Both the position numbers and the translations under genes were made by a program. From Candidatus Aenigmatarchaeota archaeon (GTDB lineage: Archaea; Aenigmatarchaeota; Aenigmatarchaeia; CG10238-14): 64,000 nucleotides of DNA. Within the stretch, counting starts at the first letter, position 1. Every line of letters begins with the position of its first letter. The notes beneath the pieces were generated by a model. It was not told the origin of the DNA and searched no databases. It saw only the letters and a program-made list of their open reading frames with translations. This document shows, piece after piece, positions 49,579-58,900 of the stretch. Where the stretch lies: the NCBI GenBank assembly GCA_018304545.1, contig JAGVVZ010000003.1, forward strand, positions 32,987 to 96,986, given 5' to 3'.

Positions 49579-50520
49579 CTAAACAATGCCCCATCCTCTA
49601 AATGTTAATGCACCTTGTGTGAACGCAGAAGTAAATGTCATTCTTGCATTCGTAAATTCAAGCCATTTGCTCTGGGTCAAACTAAAACCTACAGTCAGAT
49701 TGACAGCACCATCGAAAGGCAAAGCTCCGTTACATGTAGGCAAGTTTATGAAATCCGTCATATAGGTGCCTCTGTGGACTTTAAATCTCACGGTACCTGG
49801 AAAATTTGTGCCGCAAACATAAACGCTGGCATTTTTGACTCCTATATTTTTCACAATAATTGTGTTGTTAGCCAGACTAACATTGTTGAGTGGCAGTGGT
49901 GGAAAATTCAATTGGCCCGATCCGTCTGAATACTGAACCTGCAATACGGCATCGTTATCAAAAACAACTAGATTCTGAGAGAACTTGCTCAATTGAATGT
50001 TGCTTATATTGAACAGGGAATGAGTAGCATTGCTGCCTGCTATATTTGCGATAGACCGGTTTATTATATCAACCCTGAATAAAGTCAGATCCTGGAATTG
50101 CGTCTTAAAGGTTTTTTTGTTCTTGACTTTCATCAGCCCTGACCCTTCACACAATATTCTGTTGGTCTGGAAACTGGAGCAAGAAGATGCATTAAGCATC
50201 ACCAGCCCTATCTCTACTGGCTCTTTGATCAGCTGCGTCACATTAGCAACCTTGTACCTGAAAACCTTTGGAGTTAATTGCGTACCGGTGCTGATATAGG
50301 TGGCGTTAGCCGCGAATGAGGACGAGGTGATGTTATAGAAAAACCCGCTGAATGTGCTTTTCTTAGGTGTATAAGCAGTTATGTTGGCGTTGGATGAATT
50401 AAGGGAGTTTATTGTCCCGTCCGTACCGAATACATCAAAAGACACTGATGCTGCGTTGGCAGACGCAGCTAAAAAAAGAAAGAAAAAGCTAAAAATTAAA
50501 ATGGAGGTGCTTGTCCGCAT
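49579..50520 (-). CDS. Secreted glycoprotein sharing a CEGSG domain with 54008-55489
   Basis: Signal peptide, many NxS/T sequons, C..F.TNRILCEGSGLMKVKNKKT. Confidence 0.75.
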   Translation of the reverse strand: MRTSTSILIFSFFFLFLAASANAASVSFDVFGTDGTINSLNSSNANITAYTPKKSTFSGFFYNITSSSFAANATYISTGTQLTPKVFRYKVANVTQLIKEPVEIGLVMLNASSCSSFQTNRILCEGSGLMKVKNKKTFKTQFQDLTLFRVDIINRSIANIAGSNATHSLFNISNIQLSKFSQNLVVFDNDAVLQVQYSDGSGQLNFPPLPLNNVSLANNTIIVKNIGVKNASVYVCGTNFPGTVRFKVHRGTYMTDFINLPTCNGALPFDGAVNLTVGFSLTQSKWLEFTNARMTFTSAFTQGALTFRGWGIV

Positions 50521-50824
50521 AACATCATTCTATTTTGCATTAATTTTATTTCTGGTTCAGATAAATCAAATAATTACCAAATAAGAATAATTTTATCTTA
50601 TTATAAGAAAAGAATTTCTATTATAGAGTAAATAAGTTTATATCTACTATATAATGATTCTGATAGGAAAAAGAAAGAATATTTCTATTTTATAGGAAAA
50701 AATATTCGTTTTAAGAGGAAATTTATTACAGAATAATCGCAAAATATATACACGTATCCTCGACACTTTGAGGAAAATTTTTAGGTTCAGATAAAGTTAA
50801 ATATAATTTCTGAACAATAAAGAT

Positions 50825-51081
50825 ATGCAAAAACTCATCTTAACGCCGGAAGAATGTGGCGAACTGGGTCATATGTCGCCAGAAAACACGGATATGATCT
50901 CGAAGCGTATGAAGTGACAGATCCTCGAGATATCATCCATCACACGCCTCACAAAAGTTATGGCGAGACTGGACTTGGGGGCGTGCTGGAAGCATATGAT
51001 AGACAGCACTTACTGATTGATATATGCAGATCTCGAGGAGTTACATGCATTGACGATCTGATAAGAATTTATTCTGAATAA
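50825..51081 (+). pseudogene. Small orphan, probably frameshifted
   Basis: TATA-proximal ATG 50825 gives MQKLILTPEECGELG; a shifted frame continues SYVARKHGYDLEAYEV... to 51081. Confidence 0.45.
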
Positions 51082-51122
51082 TATGTTGCATAAAAACAAT
51101 AAACAATACTATAAAATTTGAT

Positions 51123-53060
51123 TTATCTTCTACAAATTTTGGGTGTAAATGATCCTATATGATATCCTGGCATCAAATATGGTGAAGGCGCCGTACAATT
51201 AGTTGCACCGCACTGGCCAACCGTGCATGTTCTATCACACGTCTCCCATGGATTCAAGCACCTGTCTGCCTCAAACTGATTGACATTGCTATTGCAAAAT
51301 CCTCCACATTTGGCGCAGAAATTGCATCCTGCCACCCTGCATCTCGAGTTCGACGGGCATTCGTTGCAATCAATATTCAAAGATTTGAAATCCTGTTCAC
51401 CTTCGTCCAAGAAATCTGAATCCATATTTTTGTCTATGCATGCGTATATCTCTGTCGGGCCTATTGTCTTTGGTGATAATATTCTCCTCTCGCATCCACC
51501 ATTTCTTAATATACATCTCGTCAGTTCTTGTCCATCGCAACTTTCCAATCTGAACGAAACAAGTTTTCTATCGCAATTGATCATACCGTGAGCCCTCAAA
51601 GCAATCCTATCTCTCGGGCATACTCTGTCATCATCTATCTCTAAATTAATGAATCCGTCGCAAGCAAGAACACACTCGCCATCCTCGCATTGAGTTCCCG
51701 GCAGACAATTTTCAGTTTGAGAATGAGATTGACTGACGCATATACATGAAGTAGAATTGACATAATAATCCGTGCCTGATCTCATTCTTGTATCAGAATC
51801 TACGCATTCCCATGTCCCTTTTCTGTCTTTATAGTCGCACTTAAATTCCGTCTGTACAGGTCGATTGCCTATGCACAATGTTCGTAAAGCATCTGGATCA
51901 TCCCAACACATTACATCCCCACCGCCTTGACAAGATGGAACACAAGGAATTGTAGTGGTTGTTGTACTGGTTGTAGTGGTACTGGTAGATGTGGTGGTTG
52001 GTGGTAGAGTTGTTGTCGTGCTAGTGCTGGTTGTGGTTGTTGGTGGTAGAGTTGTTGTGGTAGATGTGGTTGTAGTTGAAGTTGTTGTAGTGCTTGTAGT
52101 TGTTGTCGGGGGTGGCGAAGCACATCCGGTTGTCAATGCATAGATTTTTTTTTCGGGTGTGTCTGTTGACAGAGTCCATGAAGAACCGTCGAATACATAT
52201 ATTCTGCCGTTAATTGAAGTGCCTGCATATAATTTGCCCTGGAATGTCTTTAATACGGCAATATTGTCTTCAGCCGTATCTGTTGACAGAGTCCATGAAG
52301 AACCGTCGAATACTCTTACAGTTCCGCCTGGGAATCCGCCCACATATAATTTGCCACTATAAACTTCAGATGAATATAATCTCTGCTCAGGAAAATCTGC
52401 TTCTAAAACCCATGAAGAGCCGTCAGATGACGAGTAAACTCTTCCGTCATCACCCGTAGTTGCATATAATTTGCCGTTGTAAACTTCCAATGAGAATATC
52501 CATGATTCAGCCAAATCTGCGGCTAAAGTCCAGGAAGAGCCGTCAAATACGAAAATCATTCCGTTGTAACCAGTACCGGCATATAACTTCCCGTTGAATA
52601 CAGCCATGGAAAGTATGTAAGCTTCAGACAAAGACTGGCTTAACGACCAAGAAGAACCGTCAGTAGAGGAATATATGGTAGCAGTTGGATCGATACCAGC
52701 ATAAACTTTGCTGTTGAACGGGCATAACGTTTCTGTATATGTTTGTGCACTGTCAAAAACAGTAGACCATGAAGAACCGTCGAACTTTAAGACTCTACCT
52801 TCTAGTGCCGTGCCTGCGTATATGTTATTATTGAAAGTTGTTAATGCCCATATTTTTGTTTCGTCACTGTCATGAGAAACGGACCATGAAGAACCGTCGA
52901 ACACATATATTCTGCCGTTATCACCTGTAGCCGCATATAGCTTATTTTCAACTAGAGGTGACGGACAGAAAGAACATGTATCATCTGCTAATGCAATGTT
53001 CACACTAATTAAAATTGTTAACAATACCATGCTTAACTGAATAATTTTTTTATTAATCAT
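51123..53060 (-). CDS. Secreted beta-propeller protein (about 7 blades) plus Thr linker plus Cys-rich C-domain
   Basis: Repeats KLYAGT...GRIYVFDGSSW about every 39 aa; poly-Thr linker. Confidence 0.8.
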   Translation of the reverse strand: MINKKIIQLSMVLLTILISVNIALADDTCSFCPSPLVENKLYAATGDNGRIYVFDGSSWSVSHDSDETKIWALTTFNNNIYAGTALEGRVLKFDGSSWSTVFDSAQTYTETLCPFNSKVYAGIDPTATIYSSTDGSSWSLSQSLSEAYILSMAVFNGKLYAGTGYNGMIFVFDGSSWTLAADLAESWIFSLEVYNGKLYATTGDDGRVYSSSDGSSWVLEADFPEQRLYSSEVYSGKLYVGGFPGGTVRVFDGSSWTLSTDTAEDNIAVLKTFQGKLYAGTSINGRIYVFDGSSWTLSTDTPEKKIYALTTGCASPPPTTTTSTTTTSTTTTSTTTTLPPTTTTSTSTTTTLPPTTTSTSTTTTSTTTTTIPCVPSCQGGGDVMCWDDPDALRTLCIGNRPVQTEFKCDYKDRKGTWECVDSDTRMRSGTDYYVNSTSCICVSQSHSQTENCLPGTQCEDGECVLACDGFINLEIDDDRVCPRDRIALRAHGMINCDRKLVSFRLESCDGQELTRCILRNGGCERRILSPKTIGPTEIYACIDKNMDSDFLDEGEQDFKSLNIDCNECPSNSRCRVAGCNFCAKCGGFCNSNVNQFEADRCLNPWETCDRTCTVGQCGATNCTAPSPYLMPGYHIGSFTPKICRR

Positions 53061-53909
53061 CTAATCATCTGGTTTTGATGGTGTTGATGCTGGTGGCGGG
53101 TTCGTTGCGGGTGGTGGCGGTTGATCTGTTTTTTTTGGTGGTGGTTGATCACAGTTTTGAGTACATGGTGGTTCTGGCGGTGGAGCTGGCGTGTCTGTTA
53201 TAGGACATGCCTCTTGAGGTAGCCAAAACTTTTCAACAACTTCTCCATTCGGACCACGTTTCTCGTACCAACTACCCAAAGGATCGCATCCTACTCTTAC
53301 TGTCGTTGTGACTACTACTGTGGAGGTTGGAGTTGGCGTCCTAGTATAGAACGCTCTGGTAACTGTTGGACGAACTTGTTGATTATAAAATGTTATTATT
53401 GCCTGATATAATTTTCCGATATCTGCAGCTCCAATCGTTACATCATAACAAGTTTTACCAATAGATCTCCAGTTAGGGCCTCCTTGAACTTCACAAATTC
53501 TATGATCACCTTGAGCTAAAGGAATAAACGCTACGCCATCACTACCTGTACTATATCTACTACCTCCGTCAACTTCAATTTCCCATCCGGGAACAAGTTG
53601 TTCTCCCTCGTCCCATCTACCATTTCCATTGGAATCATGAACTTTTTGAACCTTAACATATGCCTGAGCAGGTGTTGCAGAAGCGGATGGTGATGATGTA
53701 TAAGTTGGAGGAGGTGTATTTGAAGGGTTTGGTGTGTTAGTTCTTGTAGAAGTGGGAGAAGATGTAGGACTGCCCACAGAATAAGATGTCGGTCTAGCAC
53801 TTGCAGATCCGCCAAAATACACTTGAAAAGCTAAAGCAGCTGTTACAAGCCAGCTAAGAGCATTAGAGACTATGAGTAATGGATGATAATGTCTTTGTTG
53901 TATTTCAAT
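53061..53909 (-). CDS. Pro/Thr-rich surface protein with SdrD-B-like domain; start non-canonical or lost
   Basis: KVHDSNGNGRWDEGEQLVPGWEIEV; frame open upstream of GTG 53822 through a hydrophobic segment to ATT at 53909. Confidence 0.6.
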   Translation of the reverse strand: MEIQQRHYHPLLIVSNALSWLVTAALAFQVYFGGSASARPTSYSVGSPTSSPTSTRTNTPNPSNTPPPTYTSSPSASATPAQAYVKVQKVHDSNGNGRWDEGEQLVPGWEIEVDGGSRYSTGSDGVAFIPLAQGDHRICEVQGGPNWRSIGKTCYDVTIGAADIGKLYQAIITFYNQQVRPTVTRAFYTRTPTPTSTVVVTTTVRVGCDPLGSWYEKRGPNGEVVEKFWLPQEACPITDTPAPPPEPPCTQNCDQPPPKKTDQPPPPATNPPPASTPSKPDD

Positions 53910-54007
53910 CTACCTAAGATGTGTATATGTTATAACTTACTGGGAAATACTATTTATACCGAATTCAAACGAAAATGAAAAAATATGTCACGACTATAAA
54001 GAAACGA

Positions 54008-55489
54008 CTAAACGATCTTTTTGTTCTTAATTGGGATGTCTGTTACGCTAAACACATCGTTCCAAAAGTCCCCACCTTGGACGCTTGCCTTCTTGCCGTT
54101 TACAGCAACAACCATCTTGTCTAAGTTATGCTTCATGGGAGCTTCTCCCGTCTTCTTGTTCGATATCATGACCCATCCGCTTCCTTCGCAATATATCTTG
54201 TTGTTTCTGGCAGAGCAATCGTCATAATTGTTCATTACAGCTGTTACGACAACAGGCTGTTTCTTCATTAATACTATTTCTTCTCCGCCTTTCATTACAA
54301 TTTTCTCCACATCCATTTGCCCCGTTATCACAACTCTGGTCATGCCAGCATATTTCGGATCTCCTAAGCTGAAGAAATAACCATCTAGTCCTGTTTTTTT
54401 ATGATTAAAATCGTTTAAATCCAAATGAGGTATTTTATGGATCACGCCTTTAGATGATGAAGTGCTGTTGATCATATATTTCCCAAACAATTTTTCAGGT
54501 GGCTTGATTACAGTGAAGTTTGTTATGCCGTCAAACAATAGGCTTGGGGAAATGCCACCGGACACATTTAATAAGAATGTGAATGTCTCTTCACCCATAA
54601 TATCTGTGAAATATTTTTCATCCATTTCTCCTCTGTTGAATCTGATCTGCAAATCCTCTATGCTGTCTAAATCATAATCGCCTATATGAGAGAATGACAG
54701 ATCGGGATATGACACATCTGACTTGTCAACAACTGCCAATGAAATTGTTGACATGTTGATATCATTTACGCTACCCTCGTTCATCTCAATAAAACAATTT
54801 ATCCATTCTATTTGACTGCCAACACTCAAAGGATTTGGCCTGCAATCAACCATGGCAGGTAAAACCACTGTCTTGTTTACATATGCGACAACCAGTTTAG
54901 GAGTCAACGACATATTAGATGCTTCCCTGGAATTGAATATTGCCTCTCTGCCAACAGTTGAATTTTCATCCATATCTTTGACTCTCCATCCGTAATTAGC
55001 ACTGCCGTTGTGCATTATCATTACATGATCTGTTACGTTCCACGACAACCAGACATTGTTCGTGGTCCCTGTATTATTTGTCACCACGCTACCCATAACA
55101 CCTGGCTGGTTATTCCAAGTCATTTCACCTGCAGGATTATTGTCTGATCCTCCATTACCTTCCACCCATGCTGCATTAACTTGCTGAACTTCGTATGTTC
55201 TCGAAACGCCTGGAGCATCTTTCATAAATAACATGAGCCAAGCCCCTTTGATTTCAGCGTTCAACTGCAAGGACGAGATATTGAAATATAAGAATGATCT
55301 CATATCATTATCCACATCAGATCTCACATTCAAATTAACACTGTCTCCAAAATTTTTGTTTTGATCTGCCAACTCAACTCTCGCATCCATAGATGATGAC
55401 AAGGAAACTGTCTCTAAAGCAAAGGAAACTGGAACAAGAATAGGAACTAATATCAGTGCCAATATAAAAGCATCAAAAATCTTTTTCAT
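54008..55489 (-). CDS. Secreted DNRLRE-domain protein
   Basis: DARV...DKNFG...RSFLYFNIS...MTWNNQP...WNVT...FNSRE...PKLVV. Confidence 0.8.
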   Translation of the reverse strand: MKKIFDAFILALILVPILVPVSFALETVSLSSSMDARVELADQNKNFGDSVNLNVRSDVDNDMRSFLYFNISSLQLNAEIKGAWLMLFMKDAPGVSRTYEVQQVNAAWVEGNGGSDNNPAGEMTWNNQPGVMGSVVTNNTGTTNNVWLSWNVTDHVMIMHNGSANYGWRVKDMDENSTVGREAIFNSREASNMSLTPKLVVAYVNKTVVLPAMVDCRPNPLSVGSQIEWINCFIEMNEGSVNDINMSTISLAVVDKSDVSYPDLSFSHIGDYDLDSIEDLQIRFNRGEMDEKYFTDIMGEETFTFLLNVSGGISPSLLFDGITNFTVIKPPEKLFGKYMINSTSSSKGVIHKIPHLDLNDFNHKKTGLDGYFFSLGDPKYAGMTRVVITGQMDVEKIVMKGGEEIVLMKKQPVVVTAVMNNYDDCSARNNKIYCEGSGWVMISNKKTGEAPMKHNLDKMVVAVNGKKASVQGGDFWNDVFSVTDIPIKNKKIV

Positions 55490-55646
55490 GGTAATTATAT
55501 AGAAAGAAAATCATTTATAATTCACTGCAAATTTGTAACTCTTTAGTTGTAATTGCAATGATTTCTTTCAAATAGAAAGTAGCATTTTTAGTGTCAGAAA
55601 TTTAAAGTTTGCTTCACAAAAATATTATAAAATATGGTTTATTAGA

Positions 55647-55883
55647 GTGATGAAGATGGGTTATGGAAAAAGGAGTGGACTAAGTTTGGCAGAAAGAATA
55701 CTAAGAGATCCGGAATATAAACCAGAAGACGGACATTATGAAACTTTAGCAGGACAGTTGAAATCTTGTCAACCAGATACAGATGTCTATAGAACTATTC
55801 AATCCGCAATGGAAAGGGCAAAAATATTTAGATCTAAACGAGGTTCTCTCCCAGATTCTTCTTTTTTATACAGGCTAAAATGA
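55647..55883 (+). CDS. Small hypothetical protein
   Basis: About 78 aa, ttataa box upstream. Confidence 0.45.
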   Translation: MMKMGYGKRSGLSLAERILRDPEYKPEDGHYETLAGQLKSCQPDTDVYRTIQSAMERAKIFRSKRGSLPDSSFLYRLK

Positions 55884-55983
55884 TAGATCTTATTACTAAG
55901 TCATAATTTTTAGTATAACTTATCGTAAACATTCTTTGACTTTCTTTTCAATTCTACTATAACATTTCAAACAAACAGAAAAC

Positions 55984-58900
55984 TCATTTCTTCTTTTTTG
56001 GGACTTCGGCGGTATTCATTGCAACAAGTCTCCATATAATAAGACCTACTATAATTAGAACAGCGCCTATGGCAATCATCCATTTCATCTGGGATACTGT
56101 AAGCTGAGGCTTTGGCAATGATTCTGGCAATTTAATCTCTGGCAATGTGGGGATCGTTCTTCTCACAGTAGTTGATGTCGTGACAACTGGCATAACAGTT
56201 GTTGTGGGCAATGACATCAATGTCGTAGTTGTCGCTGCAGTTTCGTCTGACGTTATGACAAACGTAGATAACCCAGGAGACTCTGCCTCATATTCATATG
56301 TATCGTTAACAGCCGACAGTATTGTTGTCTTCAATTTCTGCCATTCACCGTCAGCATATCTATTCAGCACAACCTTCATCGGATCAACATTATTAGCTGT
56401 CAGCCATGATTTGTTAACAGCAAATTTTAATTTGGCCATGTTTAAATTATCATCAGTCAGCCCTGTCTTCGTAATTTCCATATATTGGTACACTTTACCA
56501 GTAGTCTCTCTTGTTATAGAAACTGGTTTGTTATCCAACCTCTCAACAGTCATTCTAACTGTGTTAGCTTTATTCTTGACTTCAAGATGCATCTCCACAA
56601 GACCAACACCTTTTGTAGTGACAGTCCATTTATTTACTTTATCCGGAGAAACTTCAGAGAATACTGTACTAACCTTTCTCACCGCGACTGCTTTTGCTGT
56701 AGCACCTCCACCGCCCCCTCCACCGCCACTACTGCTTGTGCTAGCAACTGTGGTGGTAGTGGCTGAAGTAGAACTCACTTTATACGTAGAGAAGCCTAGT
56801 GATATTGGAATCGTGCATGTTGTTGATGACGCGCCAAAAACGCACGTAGCATATGATGAAACATCTACGCAATTGCTGCCTTGATCATCGCATTTCTCTA
56901 TCTTGCTTGCTGTTGTTCCGAACGTAAGCACTACGGAATCTACACCTAAATCATAGAGCATTTTCTGCCATTTGGTTGAATTAACACCGAGAAGCTTGTT
57001 GGTTGAATCGCAAGTGAATGCATTCTCTAGTTCTAATGTTTTTGCTTTCATCAAATCTGCACCAACGAAGGTGATATTATATCCTGTTGCAGGACAGTTG
57101 ACTGTAATATTAATACTCTTTCCTGTCGTGGCATTGGTTTTCGTAGCTGTGGAAAAGTCAGAATTATCCATCCCTAGATCCGGTATGTCTACACTGAATC
57201 CTTCATCTACTTCCATCTTGAACAAGAAGTCGTTCTCAAAATCATCTGTCGTGAAGTTCGAACATGCACTGACAGCACAATTATTTGAAGGATCGCAAAC
57301 TCTCAGCTTATAGAAGTAAGATGTTGCATTAGCTAAATTATATCCTAACGCGTTCGGGTTGCCCTCGAAATTATCCGCAGCAGCTGCATGGAATGGTTTG
57401 TAATCATCAAAGGTGTAACCCGGCATACCCAAGTCATTAAGCGCTCTGTAGCCATTGGCAGATGTAGTATTGCTGCATGTACTATCTGACTTGAAGAATT
57501 GGACAGTACCGTTGGCAGGTTCATCTGTATTGAATACGAGGAAAGCGCCGTCAGTATAGACATCAATCTGAGTATAAGTCATCTTTGGAGATGTATTGTC
57601 ATCTGCGTCTGCAAGAAAGTTCATCGTGCCTCCGCATTCTGGTTTAGGATCACATTGGACATCGTCACAATCTACAGCACCATCTCCGTCATCATCTTTA
57701 TCATTAATGCAGTCTTCTGTCGGCACATAACCGAACTGCTTAACGAACTTGCAATCTGGATCTTTATCTGATGTGATACCATCATCATCCAAATCAGCAC
57801 CTGGACACGTACAGCATTCAAATTTGAAGTCTACGGAACCTGGTGTGTAGAAAGACGGGCCCACAGCATCAGAAGGAACTGTTAAATTATGAACAGCATC
57901 TGCCATTGTTCCAAATACTCTCATTGTTTTGGTCTTATTATATAATGTAGAGAATTTTCCGAGATCTTCCTTATCAACTGCTATCATCGGTCCATTGATC
58001 TCGCCACACATTAATTGTCTGAAACCTGTTGCAGCAATATTTGTCTGAACCCATGTTTGATTAGAGCATAAACTGAATGATCTTGTCTCTTTCAATTCAC
58101 TATCGGCCCATTCACCCACGTATCTTAACCTAAACTCAAATCCAAGATGAGTATTGCCTAAATCATCAGTGACATTACAACCATTTGTATTAACTCCATC
58201 TGTATCCAAGAATACATTCATTTTTGTTGTGTTCCTCCCGGTACCCGTAACACCAGACTGAGTAAACATACCATTGCAGATAGCAGAATCTCTGAAGCTA
58301 ACCACTCCAAGACCGAATCCGTATGCATCGCCCATATCTTTCATTCCATATCCACAAATATCAACTTCCTCTTCTTTACCGCTCTCAGGACATTGATCAT
58401 CTCCCAACATGGCAGGCGGACTTGGATCTATTTTTTCAAACATTTTCATCGTTCCTTTGTCATTGCACCATCCCTGATTGATGCCTACGCCAGGACCGTT
58501 TGGATCTGGGAACCATTGACATGTGAAAGCGGCATCACAAGCTGTCTTGTTGCCGTCACGATTAGGACAATCACCCATAATAATTGTTGGTTCACAGTGA
58601 GTTTCTTGTAATGTACAATTAGCATTTGCAGAACATTCTGCATTTGTTATGTCACGACTAAAGCAAATAGGATCACACCATCCGCCATCTGGTGAAAATT
58701 CATCTTCTATCCAAACACATGTTGGGTTCTCCCCACAAGCTGTTTCGTTGTCATCATGTACAACACAATTGCCGAATATCTTGGATTCACAGAATTGTTG
58801 AATAAAGCCACCAAATCCTTGCTCAACAGTCCATGTACAGAGAGGATTTGCGGCACATGAAGTTTGATTAAATAGCGAGAAACAAGGTTCTTCCCTTGTC

